A DNA stretch of 64,000 nt from the human T2T-CHM13v2.0 reference genome, Homo sapiens. Shown piece after piece: positions 17,430 through 41,569 of this stretch (position 1 is its first letter; each line of letters starts with the position of its first letter). The translations under genes were made by a program, and so were the position numbers. The notes under the pieces are model-generated. The model did no database searches, was not told the origin of the DNA, and saw only the letters and a program-made list of their open reading frames with translations. The stretch lies in the NCBI RefSeq assembly GCF_009914755.1, contig NC_060929.1. One strand, given 5' to 3'.

Positions 17430-18570
17430 GCGGGGAAACCCGTGGGAAATCCGGGCGCCTCTGGGAAGCTGGGTGTGGTGGGTCGTCCTTCCCGGAGCGG
17501 GGGGCGGGGCGTCCCAGGCTCCGCCTCTGCCCATCGCCCCTCCTCCTCGTCCTGCTCCGAGGGGGCCGCGGAGCTTCCTTGCGGCCGGCGGGAGCTGAGT
17601 CACGGCGGCCCTGCAAGCGGTTGGCCTTATCTCCGGACTTCGCTGCTCCCGAAAGCCCTCAGCCCGCCTGCCAGGCTACACCTAACTTGCGCCAAGTTCC
17701 TCCAGCAGTTCTGGAAATACTCCCAGGGGCCCATCGGCTTGGGGTCCCAGGGAAGGAGGGAGGTCTCCTTCCTGGCTGGCTGGAGCAGTTCCAGAAAGCC
17801 CGAGCTTGTGGGCCCCTGGCGGCACGGTGCCTATCTTTCCACCGTTAGCTAAATTTTCCTTGGGGGTAAGGATTGTTTCTCCAGATCTGTCTCAAAATGC
17901 ACATTCCCCAGGGGTGGAGTGCCACCCGACGCTTTGAAGAGGAAACCAGAAGACTGGAGAACTGGGGCGGATAGATCTTAGGAGCCAAGATGGGGAGAGG
18001 GGCTGATGGGGCCGCAGGGATTTGGCAGCCGCCTAAGCTCCCTCAGGCCCCGCCTGCACCTTTCCCAGCCCCCAGGACTCTAGGGGAAGTGGTGGGTGGG
18101 GGAGGGGGAAACAGAGCTGACAGATTCTGTAAACAGAGCCGGTTTGGGCCTCGGCCAAGGACGGGGTGTCCTGGCCCAGCCTGGGTGTGAGGCCCATCCG
18201 CGGCTCTCCAGGACACCCCGCCCTGCCCGGCTGCCCCGGGGGTGCCCGGCCCAGAGCCAGCTGTAGCCAGGATGTGTCTGACTTGGGATGTGGCCAATTC
18301 CCTAGTGGGGAATGTGCCTGGGATTGGGGCGAGGGGTGGGGGTAGCAAAGGAGGGAGCTTCTAAGAACTGTCATTGATCATTCATTCACCCAGTGCCCGG
18401 CTCAGCGAAGAGGGCAGCCTCTGGTCCCCGCCTGTGGGAGGTGCCGGTGCTGGATTGTCGCCCCACCCCCGTCTCCATCTCCAATCCTGTCTCTTGCTCT
18501 TCTGCTGCCTGAGGCAGAGTCCCCGCGGGGTAGGGAAGCTGAGAGTGGGGCCTCAGGTTCCGAGAGCTCT
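17430..18570. promoter_or_regulatory. CpG-enriched, GC-rich promoter/enhancer-like region
   Basis: CpG density visibly above the flanks; GC box GGGGCGGGGC 17501-17510; GCTGAGTCAC (AP-1/ARE) 17594-17603; CGTGGGAA 17441-17448. Confidence 0.55.
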
Positions 18571-19010
18571 TCATTGGCCAGGCCTGTCCCCTTGGCTTGT
18601 TGCCAAATGTGGTGTTCCATGGCCTCACGATGGCAATTCAGAGATGCAGGAATGCCCTCAAAAAGGGGATGAGGGAGGACAGGCATCCAGGGATACTCAA
18701 GGACACTGTTAGAAGCAGGAGCTGTGGTTAGGAGGTGGGGAGAGGACACGGGTGGCCCCGGGACACTGGCACCCCAGCAGGTGGAGGCAGCTGTGGGCTA
18801 TGCCTTTTAAGATATGGAGAGGAGTTCCTTTGGGAGGAGAGGAGATGGGTTGGCTGAGACTCGTAGGCTGGGGCCAGAGTGCCAGCTACAGATTCTGGAC
18901 TTTATTGTAGGGGTGAGCATTTCCCAAAATGTGCTCCTGAGTGATCGTGGGTGGGGTGAACAAAAAAGGGTCCTGGGGGCAAATGTATTTGGCAAACACT
19001 CTTCAAGAAA

Positions 19011-19300
19011 GCCTGCAATCCCAGCATTTTGGGAGGCCGAGGCGGGAGGATTACTTGAGCCCAAGAGTTTGAGACCAGCCTGGGCAACATGGTGAAACCC
19101 AATCTCTACAAAAATTTTAAAAATTAGCTGGGTGTGGCCGCGCACATCTGTGGTCCCAGTTACTCAGGAGCCTGGGGTGGGAGGCTCACTTAAGCCTGGG
19201 CCCAGGTTGAGGCTGCAGTGAGCTATGATTGTGCTACTGCACTTCAGCTCACAGAGTGAAACCATGTCTCAAAAAAAAAAAAAGGAAAAAAAAGAAAAAG
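19011..19300 (+). mobile_element. AluJ, slightly 5'-truncated
   Basis: Dimeric Alu with poly(A). Confidence 0.9.
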
Positions 19301-20106
19301 CTAAACACCATATACTCCAGGCTTTATCAAAACTTTTATTTCATATGCTAATTAATGAGCATCTTAAAAGAGGGAATAGGGTATTCAGAAGGCTTCCTCA
19401 CACCTTAACCCTAGCCTCATGGGACTTGTGCTCTTCTGAAAACATTGGAACCCAAGGATTGATAAGTACTTCTTACTTGCTGGCTCTAGCTCAGGTGGAA
19501 TGAGTGGATACATGTAGACACCAAAGAAAACATGGCTCTTCCCAGAAACCCAGGTTCAATCATCATTTCCTCAAAAGGAGGCCAGCCTGGACACACCTGG
19601 ATCAAGGGCAGTGGTATAAGAAAATGTTAAATGAATCAAGTCTGGCAGACTTCTCAAGGTTCTGGGTCCCAGACCCCAGGCAATCTCAGGCTCCCTAAAT
19701 CAGATCCTCAACTCAGCCTCAGTGAGTCCGGGATTCCTGGCCATGGTTGGGGAATCCCATGGTCTCTGCAGAGAACATACTGATCAGAGGTTGTGGCAGG
19801 GGCTGCAGCTTGAGGCTGAATTCAGTGTAGTTCCTACACTAGGCCAAATCCTCGGCTGAGCCTTATATGGCCTCATATCTGACTACAAAAAGCATAAGAA
19901 CAAAGCTGGCCCCCAAACATGGGCTTTCTCATTACCAACTTGGCAAGGCAGTAGCACCCAAGCTGAGCTGCTCAGCGACCCTTCTGACAAAATGCCTCCA
20001 GCGCCAGCAAGTCCTGCACCTCAGCTGGGAGGCAGAGGATGACCAGAAGAGCAGCAGAGGAAAGACTGTAGACATGGTACCTTCTTGGACTTGTTCCAAA
20101 AATTGT

Positions 20107-20275
20107 GGCCGGGCACGGTGCCTCATGCCTATAATCCCAGCTACTCGGGAGGCTGAGGCAGGAGAATCACTTGAACCTGGGAGGTGGAGGTTTCAATGAG
20201 CCAAGATTGCACTGTTGCAGTCCAATCTGCAGAGTGAGACTCCATCTCAAAAAACAAAAACAAACAAACAAAAAA
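20107..20275 (+). mobile_element. Alu monomer (left-arm head joined to right arm)
   Basis: ggccgggcacggtgcctcatgcctataatcccagctactcgggagg... Confidence 0.85.
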
Positions 20276-20970
20276 CAGTCACCTGCAGCATCCCCTGGGG
20301 CTCCCAGAAATTCTTGGGATATCATGTACGGGGCTGCAGGGTCCCTGCTTGAGCAAGTGGGAATAAGAGTCAGGGACTTTATAGGCATAGGCCGGAACCA
20401 TGCCTGGGTCCCCTTGTCCTCACAGTCTGGGAAAGCAGTGTGTACATGCCTGCATCCTCTGCATGCTTGCGAGTTACATATAGAAGCTGTAAAATATGGC
20501 AAGGTGATGCCCTCTCGTATGCAGTGTAAAAGCAGGCTGAGATGGGAGAGGTCAGTGGGAGCTGGCATCTCCAGGGAAGAGCTCCAAGACGAGGTGGGAT
20601 GTGGTAAGCCCTTGCAAGTGACTAAGTTTTAGTGGTATAGACAAGAAGATTGACCTGGCCAGTCTGGACAGCATCCAGAGAGAAGCCTGGAGAGGCCCAT
20701 GGGGTTAGCTTTACCAGCTTCTTTGAGGCACTGAATCTCAGGCTAAGGAATGCAATGGTGTCTTATGGGGGCTTGCAGGATAAGGACCTCCCTTCCATCA
20801 AGTCTCACTTCTGCCTCCGTGGCCAGCTGAGCCTCCTGAGTCTTCTTGTATCTTCCTTTTCTCCTTACTCCAGTGTACTCCTCAGCCTGCTACTCTCCGG
20901 TTCCCCTACATCATGCTGAAATGGCTGTGGCTGGCATCACCAGAAACCTCCTGGCTTTCAGATCCATAGA

Positions 20971-21307
20971 TTTTTTTTTTATTATACTTTAAGTTTTAGG
21001 GTACATGTGCACAATGTGCAGGTTAGTTACATATGTACACATGTGCCATGCTGGTGCACTGCACCCACTAACTCGTCATCTAGCATTAGGTATATCTCTC
21101 AATGCTATCCCTCCCCCGTCTCCCCACCCCACAACAGTCCCCAGAGGGTGATGTTCCCCTTCCTGTGTCCATGTGTTCTCATTGTTCAATTCCCACCTAT
21201 GAGTGAGAATATGCGGTGTTTGGTTTTTTGTTCTTGCGATAGTTTACTGAGAATGATGATTTCCAATTTCATCCATGTCCCTACAAAGGACATGAACTCA
21301 TCATTTT
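20971..21307 (-). mobile_element. L1PA2-like 3' fragment (~335 bp)
   Basis: Reverse of ctagatgacgagttagtgggtgcag..ccagcatgg..actaacctgcac..cctaaaacttaaagtataat; GAG (not ACA/ACG) diagnostic; tagattttttt on both flanks. Confidence 0.93.
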
Positions 21308-21428
21308 TAGATTTTTTTTTAAATAACAGCTTGATTGAGATATAATTCACATATTATTCATCCAAAGTGTACAATTGAATGGTTTTTCAAATATTCAGAG
21401 TGTGCAACCATTACCACAATCAATGTTA

Positions 21429-22203
<775 letters not shown>

Positions 22204-22744
22204 TGGACATTTTCTTTAAATGGAATCTTACAATATGTGGTCTTTTGTGACTTTCACTTATATGTTTTGAAGATTCATCCATGATGTAGCATATATTAGA
22301 ATTGTATTCCTTTTTATAGATGAGTAATATTCTATTGTATGGATATACCTCATTTTATCTATCAGTTCACAAAAATTTGGATTATTTCTACTTTTTGGAT
22401 ATTACGAATAACACTACTATGAACATTAATGTATAAGTTTTTGTGTGAACATATGGTTTCATTTCTCTTGGGTATACACCCAGGAGTAGAATTGCTGGGT
22501 CATATGGTAACTCCATGTTTAAGCTGTGGGAGAACAGTTTAGATTGTTTTCCAAAGCACCTGCACCATTTTACATTCCTACCAGCAGTGTGTGAGGTTTC
22601 TAATTTGTATACATCATTGCCAACACTTGTTATTTTCTATCCTTTTGAATGTAGCCATCATAGTGGTATGATTAGTATCTAAATATGGTTTGATTTGCAT
22701 TTGCCTGATGGCTAATGATATTGAATATATTTTCTTTTATTTAT

Positions 22745-22876
22745 TTGTAAGTTTTTGTAGAGATGGAGTCTCACTATGTTGCCCAGGCTGGTCTCCAACT
22801 CCTGGGTTCAAGCGATCCTGCGACCTTGGCTTCCCAAAGGGTTGGGATTACAGGCATAAGCCGCCGCACCCAGGCC
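22745..22876 (-). mobile_element. Left Alu monomer (FLAM-like)
   Basis: Left arm only. Confidence 0.8.
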
Positions 22877-23071
22877 CTGAGTATATTTTCATTGGCCATT
22901 TGTATATCTTCTTTGGAGAAATGTCTATTCAGATCATTTGCCCATTTTTAAAAACTGGGTTGTCTTTTCATTATTGAGTTATAAGGGTTTTTTACATATT
23001 TTAGATACAAGTCTCTTGTCAGATACATGATTTGTAAGACTTTTCTGGATTGTCTTACACGTTCTTAGTGA

Positions 23072-23422
<351 letters not shown>

Positions 23423-23523
23423 AATCTATTTTTCCTTTGTTTGCTTGTGACTTTGGTTTCATAGCTTAGAAACCATTGATGAATCCAGATAAAGATTTAC
23501 ATCTATGTTTTCTTCTAAGAATT

Positions 23524-23874
23524 TGTATTAGTCCATTTTCACGCTGCTGATAAAGACATACCCAGGACTGGGCAATTTACAAAAGAAAGAGGTTTATTGG
23601 ACTTACAGTCCAACGTGGCTGGGGAGGCCTCACAATCATGGTCAAAGGAAGGAGGAGCAAGTCACATCTTACGTGGATGGCAGCAGGCAAAGAGAGAGCT
23701 TGTGCAGGGAAACTCTGCCTTATAAAGCCATCAAATCTCATGAGACTTATTCACTATCATGAGAACAGCATGGGAAAGACCTGCCCCCATGATTCATTAC
23801 CTACCACCAGGTCCCTCCCACACATGTGGGAAATCAAGATGAGATTTTGATGGGGACACAGACAAACAATGTCA
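23524..23874 (-). mobile_element. THE1 (THE1A-like) MaLR solo LTR
   Basis: tgtattagtccattttcacgctgctgataaagacatacc...ggggacacagacaaacaatgtca; 5-bp TSD gaatt/gagtt. Confidence 0.92.
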
Positions 23875-23963
23875 GAGTTATAGAGTTTTAGCTCTCACAC
23901 TTAAGTCTTTGATCCATTTTGAGTAATTTTTTGCATATGGTATGAGACAGCGGTCCACTTTCA

Positions 23964-24286
<323 letters not shown>

Positions 24287-24371
24287 CTAGTTGCCTCTGC
24301 ACTATTCATTGAAAAGATTATTATTTCCCCCATTGAACTGTTTTGACATCTTTGTCAAAAATCAGTTAACC

Positions 24372-24679
<308 letters not shown>

Positions 24680-25842
24680 TCAGTCGACCTTAAATATAAG
24701 GGCCAATTTCTGGATTCTTGGTTCTATTCTATTGATCTATGTGTCTAATCCTTCACCAGTACCACAAAGTTGTAATTACTGTAGCTTTGCTGTAAGTTTT
24801 GGAAGTGAGAAGTGGCAGTCCTCCAACTGTTTTTTCAGATTATTTTGCCAATTCTGGTTCCCTTGCATTTCCACATGACCTTTAGGATTAACTTGTCAAT
24901 TTCTGCAAAGAAACCAGTTGGAATTCCATGGGTATTACATTGTGTCTGTAGATCAATTTAGTGAATATTGCCATTTCAGCAACATTAAGTCCTCTGATCC
25001 ATGAACATTTCTTTCCATTTATTTAGATCTTCTTTATTTCAGAAATGTTTTGTAGTTTTTGATATATAAGTCTTGTACTTTCTTGGTTAAATTTATTCCT
25101 AAATATTTTGGTTTTTTGAATTGTTCTCTTAATTTGTTATTGGATTATATTGCTAGTATATAGAAATACAATTGATTTTTGTATATTGATCTTTCATCCT
25201 ACAACCTTGCTAAACTTGTTTATTAATTCTAATAGTTGGTGGATTCTATAGGATTTTCTATATACGAGATTATGCCGTCTGTGAAAAGAGATCGTTTTAT
25301 TTCTTCCTTTGTGGTCTGGATGACCTTTATTTCTTTTTCTTGCCTAATTGCCCTGATTAGAATTTCCACTACAATGTTGAGTATTTGTGGTAAGAGCAGA
25401 TATTCTTGTCTTGTTCCTGATCTTAGAAGGAAAGCATTTAATCTCTCATCATTAAATAGGATGTTAGAGTTTTTTAGATGCCTTTTATCAGGCTGAGGAA
25501 GTTTCTTTCTAGTCTTAGTTTGTTGAGTGTTTTTATCATGAAGGACTGTTGAATTTTGCCAAATGCTATTGAAATTGTCATGTGGGTTTTGTCCTTATTT
25601 CTACTGATATGGTGTATCACATTAATTGATTTTTTGATGTTAAACCAACCTTGTATTCCTGGAACAAATCCACTTGGTTATAGTGTATGAAGCTTTTCAG
25701 AGATGGCTAGATTTGATTAGCTAGAGTTTTGTTGAGGATTTTAATGTCCGCATTTGTAAGAGATCCTGGTCTACAGTTTTATTCTCTTGTAATATCTTTA
25801 TCTACTTTTGATACCAGGTTAATACTTGACCTTATACAATAA

Positions 25843-26241
<399 letters not shown>

Positions 26242-26299
26242 TAACTAAAATTAAAATTACTCATAATCCTGCTATGTAGAGGTAACCACTGTTAATTAA

Positions 26300-26752
<453 letters not shown>

Positions 26753-26892
26753 ACACTGTTAATATTTGGGCATATTTTCTTCCCACTTTTTTCTATGCTT
26801 ATATACATGTTAAAATACAAAATTGACATCATGTTCTATATGGAGCTTGGTATGCCATTTTGTTGTTTTTTAATGTTAAAATTACTCTTGTA

Positions 26893-28228
<1,336 letters not shown>

Positions 28229-28257
28229 TTAAAGTATCTTTAAAATATCTTACTTGA

Positions 28258-28578
<321 letters not shown>

Positions 28579-28774
28579 TTACAATACGTACATATGTACA
28601 TATTTGTGATGAAGTGAAATAATAGTTAAGGATTATGTGCAATCTCAGAATCCCATAATAAATTCTCAATAGCTACAAAACATTTCATTATAAATATGTC
28701 TTATTTTACTATATATCTAACTCATCTAACATTTTTTATCATTACATGTTGTGGTTTAATGAATATCCTTATGA

Positions 28775-29138
<364 letters not shown>

Positions 29139-29189
29139 ATCTGAGAACCATTTTCTTAGGATTGATTCCTAGAAGTAATTGGGTCAAAG

Positions 29190-30187
<998 letters not shown>

Positions 30188-30272
30188 AAACGGGAGGGGC
30201 CAACATTTGTAAGATTCTTCAAGCAAACTGCCAGTATTTTTCCCACAGTTTGAGCAACATTATGAATTATTA

Positions 30273-30572
<300 letters not shown>

Positions 30573-30607
30573 AGGGCGAAGATATAAAGATTGATTGATT
30601 GATTGAT

Positions 30608-31066
<459 letters not shown>

Positions 31067-31317
31067 CAAAAATAGAAAGCTTTTAAAAGGTACTATAGGA
31101 AAATATCTTTATGACCTCAGGATAGAAAAAAAATTATTAAACTAAACATGCAAAAAGATGCACAAATTGAATCATACTAAAATTTAAAATTTGTTTATCA
31201 AAATATCATTATGAGAATGACCCAAAGTAAGAGGAAATATTTATGAAATAACTAGTAAATGGCTTGTATCCAGAATGTAAAGAACTCCTACCATTTCATA
31301 AGAAAAATAACTGATGA

Positions 31318-31864
31318 CGGTAATCCCCCCTTATCCATGGGGGTTACATTTCAAGAACCCCAGTAGATGCCTGAAACCATGCATAGTGTCAAACCCTATG
31401 TACATGATGGTTTTTCCTACATGTACACACCTATGATAAAGTTTAATTGATAAATTAGTCACACTAGGAGATTAGTAACAATAATAAAAAAAATAGAACA
31501 ATTATAACAATATGCCAACATCACAACTTTTGTACTTTGGGGCCATTATGAAGTAAAGTAAGGGTTACCTAACACAAGCACTGCAAAACCATGACAGTCC
31601 ATTGGATAACCCAGACAGCTTCTAAGTGACTAACAGATGGGCAGTGTATACAGTGTGGATACCCTGGACAAAGGGACAATTCACATTCCCAGTGGGAAGA
31701 ATCAGGACATTGTGAGATTTCATCGCATCACTCAGAATGGCACGCAGTTTAAAACTTATGAATAGTTTACCTCTGGAATTTTTCATTTAATATTTTTAGG
31801 TTGCGATTAATTATGGATAATGGAAACCACAGAAAGCCAATCTCTGGATAACGAAGAGACTACT
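31318..31864. mobile_element. MER44B-like (Tigger7-derived) DNA transposon
   Basis: Degenerate TIRs cggtaatccccccttatcc / ggataacgaagagactact with typical internal sequence. Confidence 0.82.
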
Positions 31865-32084
31865 TAAATAGTAAAAATATTACATATAAAATGTTGTGGG
31901 TATAGCTAGGACAGTATTTAGTGAAAAATCTATAGCATTAAATGCATACATTTTAAAAGAACACTTGTTAAAAATGGATAAACCAAGGATATATTTCAGG
32001 AAGTTATTCTCAAAGAAAGAAGATGAAATAATAAATGTAAGAGAAAAATTTCAGGTAATAAAAAACAAACAAACAATAGAAATA

Positions 32085-32377
32085 TTTTTTTTTTTTTTGA
32101 GACAGAGTCTCACTCTGTCACCCAGGCTGGAATGCAATGGCATGATCTCAGCTCGCTGCCAGCTCCACTTTTTGGGTTCAAGCGATTCTCCTGCTTCAGC
32201 CTCCTGAGTAGCTGAGATTACAGGTGCACACCACCACGCCCAGCTAATTTTTGTATTTTTAGTAGAGACAGGGTTTCACCATGTTGGTCAGGCTGGTCTC
32301 AAACTCCTGACCTTGTGATCCACCTGCCTCGGCCTCCCAAAGTGCTGGGATTACAGGTGTGAGCCACCATGCCTTGA
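32085..32377 (-). mobile_element. AluS
   Basis: Antisense dimeric Alu. Confidence 0.92.
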
Positions 32378-32664
32378 CAATAATTTTTTTTTAATATGAA
32401 ACTTTGTTCTTCCAAAAGACTAATTCAAATGACAAAACTCGGGTGAGCTAACAAAGAAAAAAAGAATAAACAAATATTAGGAATGAAGAAGACATTACAA
32501 GAGATCACATATACATCTAAAAATTACTAAGAAGTTATGAACAACTTATTGCCAATAAAAACATATAGATGAAATGAAAAAATTCCCAGAAATAATAATT
32601 TACCAAATGACTCATGAAGAAGGAGAAAACGTGAATAGTCCTATAACTATTAGAGATTGAAACT

Positions 32665-32952
32665 GGCCAGGCACTGTGGCTCATGTCTGTAATCCCAGCA
32701 CTTTGGGAGGCCTAGGCAGGTGGATCACCTGAGGTCAGGAATTCGAGACCAGACTGGCCAGCATGGCAAAACCCCATCTCTACTAAAAATACAAAAAACT
32801 ATCTGGGCATGGTGGCAGGTGCCTGTAATCCCAGCTACCTGGCAGGCTGAGGCAAGAGAATCGCTTGAACTCAGGAGGTGGAGGTTGCAGTGGCCCAGAC
32901 TGCGCCATTGCACTCCAGCCTGGGCGACAAGAGCAAGACTCTGTCTCAAAGA
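32665..32952 (+). mobile_element. AluS
   Basis: Dimeric Alu; agattgaaac on both flanks. Confidence 0.92.
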
Positions 32953-33313
32953 AAAGATTGAAACCATAATTTAAAATCTTCCCACAAAGAAAACTCCAAA
33001 CCCAGATAGCCTAACCTGTGAATTACATTGAATATCCAACGGAAAATAAATTCTATTCCTACACAAACTCTTCTAGAAGTTCAGAAGTTTCTATTCCCAA
33101 AGAACTGGTGTTACCTTCCTCAACTTATTTTATAGAGCTAACATGACCCTGGTCCCCAAATCTGACAAGGTAAAAATGGAAAAATTAAAGACTGATCTCC
33201 TTTATAAACACAGATATAAAAACCCTAAACAAAGTATTGTTAAAATTTAGCAACATATAAAAAGGATAGTACATATGACCATCAGGTTATATTAAAAAAA
33301 AAAAAAAAAAATT

Positions 33314-33623
<310 letters not shown>

Positions 33624-33705
33624 TTATCATATTAACAGATTAAAGGACTACAGTTATCTCAGTGGATGCAGGAAAAGTATTTTATAAAACACAACATTGA
33701 ATTAA

Positions 33706-34349
<644 letters not shown>

Positions 34350-34521
34350 TGAATAATTTTTTAAGGTCACTTTTATCAAACTGGAAATGTAAAGAAGCTT
34401 TCTTGATCACATAAAGGCTGTCTTTAAAAAAATAACTAAAACAAGGATTATACCTCGTGGTGAAACAATGAAAGTTTTCCCTTTGAAAATGGAACAAAAC
34501 AGAGATATTCACTACTACCAC

Positions 34522-35159
<638 letters not shown>

Positions 35160-35327
35160 TGAATAATTTTTTAAAGGTCACTTTTATCAAACTGGAAATG
35201 TAAAGAAGCTGTCTTGATTATATAAAGGCTGTCTTTAAAGAAATAAAACAAGGATTATACCTCGTGGTAAAACAATGAAAGTTTTCCCTTTGAAAACTGG
35301 AACAAAACAGAGACATTCATTACTACA

Positions 35328-36367
<1,040 letters not shown>

Positions 36368-36747
36368 TTATAGATGTTATGATTGTATACAGAAGGAATT
36401 TTTAAATCTATAATTAGAATTAATCTATAATTCAAGTTTCCTGGACTTCAAAAAAATCAATATACAAAAATCAATGTGTTTAACAGCAACAAAGGGAAAA
36501 TTATATTTTAAAAGGACAGCCTTCATAATATAATTTTAAAATACCAAATTATTCAGAATTTAGTAACAGCTGAATAAGTCTCTAATGCAGAAAAATATAT
36601 AGTATTATTGACAGAAACCAAAGAAGATCTCAGTAAATAGAGTAATATATGATGTTCATGGATTTGAAAACTCAATATTACAAACACTGTCAGTTCTTCT
36701 CACAGTGATATACAGACTCAATGTAATTTCTAATAAAAACCCATGTA

Positions 36748-37032
36748 GCTAGGTGCTGTGGCTCACATGAGTCTATAATCCCAGCACTTTGGGAGGCTGA
36801 GGCTGGAGGATCGCTTGAGCCCAGGAGTTTGAGACCAGCTGGGCAACATGACGAAACCACATCTCACATCTCTACAAAAAACATATAAAAATTAGCTGAG
36901 CATGGTGGCACACACCTGAAGTTGCAGCTACTCAGGAGGATAAAGTAGGAGGCATACCTGAGCCCAAGAGTTCAAGGCTGTAATGAGTTATGATCATGCC
37001 ACTGCACTCCAGCCTGAGTGACAAAGCGAGAT
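36748..37032 (+). mobile_element. AluJ
   Basis: Dimeric Alu with no clear tail. Confidence 0.88.
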
Positions 37033-38162
37033 GGATTTTTTTCTAGAACTTGGTAAGATAATTTTTACGTTTACGTGGACATGTGAAAGACCGAGAAGAG
37101 CTAGGTCACTACAGAGGAAGAATGAAGTTAAAGAAATTGCTCTAAATTTCTGTAAGTACTAAATTACTATAAAGCTGTTGTAATTAAAAGGGGATGGCAT
37201 TGATTTGGGGATGCGCAATAAGCCCAATGGAAAAGAGATGAGATCACAGAAATAGATCCACACATATTTAGATGCTTGATGTATGACAGAGATGGCACTA
37301 TATAGCAGTGGCAAAAAGACTCTCAATAAACTTTGCTGGGATATCTGAGTACCCATATGTGAAAATAATAAAATTGGACCCCTACCTCACACCATACCTC
37401 AAAATCAACTCCAGTGTCATATGGCCCTAAATATAAAAGACAAAATTACAAAGCTTTAAAGTAATAATGTAGAAGAATATCTTCATAGTCTTGGATTTTA
37501 AAAGTTTTCTTAAGTAAGGTACAAAAAGTAATATCGCAAAGGAAAGATGGACAAAATTAGGAATATCTGTTCATCAAAAGACAACATTGAGTGAAAGGCC
37601 AGCCACAGAGTAATAGAAGATAATTGCAACAGATAAAACTGACAAAAATCTTGTTGCTAGAATATATACAGAATTCATATCAATTAGTGATAAAAGACAG
37701 GCAATCCAGCAGAAAAATGGGCAAAAGATAGGAACTTTACAAAAAAGAAATCCAAAAGTCAGTAACATAAAAATGTGATCAACTTCTTTAGTAATGTGGG
37801 AAAGGTAAAATAAAAGCATAATAAAGTACTACTACACACTTACCAAACTGACCAAAATTTAAAATTTTGACAATTCCAAGTTTTAGCAAAAACACTCATT
37901 CATGTAAATTTACACAAACTTGTATAACTACTTTAGAATACAGTTCAGCATTATCCAATTAAGCTGAAAATAACATACTCTATGCCCCAGCAATTCTGCT
38001 CTTAGATAAATATCCTACAGAAAAGTGAGCTTACGTGCATCAGGAAACATGGACAAGAATGTTCATAGAAGCATTGTTTGTAGTAGTCTTGTCATAGGTC
38101 AGGTTCTCAGGAAACATGCTGGGATAGAGTTTGGGGTACAAGATATTTATTAGGATCAACAT

Positions 38163-38927
38163 TGATATGGTTTGGATATTTGTCTCCTTCAAATATCATG
38201 TTGAAATGTGACCCACAATGCTGGAGGTGGGCCTAGTGGTAGGCATCGGGTCACAGGGCTGATCCCTCATGAATGGTTTGGTGCCCTTGCTGCAGTAATG
38301 AGTGGTAATGAGTTCACAGGAGAGCTGGTTGTTTAAAGGAGCCTGTTACTTCCTCCTCTCTTGCTCCATCTCTTGCCATGTGACACACCTGCTCCCCCTT
38401 TGCCTTCCACCATGAGAGGAAGCTTCCTGAGGTCCTTCCATAAAGTAGATGCTGGCAGCATCATGCTTCATGTACAGCCTGCAGAATGGTGAGCCAAATA
38501 AGCCTACTTTTTTTTTCTTTTTTTTCCTGCTCTTCTCCCTCCACCTCTTTTCTTTCTTTTTTCTTTTTTTTTTTTTTTTGAGATGGAGTTTTGCTCTTGT
38601 TGCCCAGGCTAAAGTACAATGACGTGACCTCGGCTCACTGCAACCTCCTTCTCCTGTGTTCAAGCAATTCTCCTGCCTCAACCTTCCGAGTAGCTGGGAT
38701 TATGGGCACCCACCACCACATTGGGCTAATTTTTGTATATTTAGTAGAGACAGAGTTTCACAGTGTTGGCAAGGCTGGTCTCGAACTCCTAACCTCAGGT
38801 GATCCGACCACCTAGGCCTCCCAAAGTGCTGGGACTACAGGCATGAGCCACCACACCCGACCCTCTTTTCTTAATAAATTACCCAGTCTCAGGGATTCCT
38901 TTATAGCAACACAAATAGACTAATACA
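38163..38927 (+). mobile_element. MSTB-like MaLR solo LTR containing an Alu
   Basis: tgatatggtttggat...tagactaataca; perfect 5-bp TSD aacat (38158-38162, 38928-38932). Confidence 0.9.
38545..38862 (-). mobile_element. AluS
   Basis: Antisense Alu inside the MST LTR. Confidence 0.92.
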
Positions 38928-39359
38928 AACATCTCTGAAGGGAAGGGAGAAAAAGCAGGATTGGGCAGAAGTTAAAACTGTGATGCAGGCCTAATGAAAC
39001 CCAAGCCAAGCTGGCGGGGAACTCTGGTGCAAATAGTCTGCATCTGAGTTGTCCTGTGTTGGATGAAAATGGCCCAGCCTCCATTCACTTGCTTTCGTTG
39101 GATACTAGATGCAAAGTGCTCTGGAAAGGATATGATGTTGGGCAAGGCAGCTCTCTGCAGCTCAGGTGGACCCCAAAGAAGCTGTCATCTGAAGGTTTCT
39201 GCTGATCACACCCTCTACAACTGGACAGCAAATCCTTCCTTGAAGAGGGATCTGGGTGACACATCTCTCTGTCTACCACAGGGCCCAAACTGGAAACAAC
39301 ATAAATGCCTATCAAGTGAAGAAAGGTTAGACTCTGCAGTGTTCATATAATATACTCAT

Positions 39360-41312
<1,953 letters not shown>

Positions 41313-41569
41313 TGAGAGTTTTGATTGACATTCCTACCTGGGAGTAAGGAGGGAGCCAGAGCCCCACCTGCTCTAAAAAGACTGCCCCTCCTCAGAGCTT
41401 CACAGCACCATCATCAGCAGGAGTGAAAAACCCCTCCACCTGCCAACAAGCCCAGCCTTGGGCCCCTCAGACCCTTTATCTCTGCTCACAGCAGTTCCCA
41501 CAGGAGGCCCAGAACACTCAGGTAGCCTGCACCCCAGGACTCGAAGCCCTACCGGATGCTGTATTTTGC

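Larger units (their letters stand above)
38090..39281. mobile_element. ERVL-class LTR (LTR16/LTR33-like) interrupted by an MST LTR
   Basis: tgtcataggtcaggttc...tttattaggatcaacat / gaagggaagggagaaaaagcaggattgggcag...ctaccaca. Confidence 0.6.
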
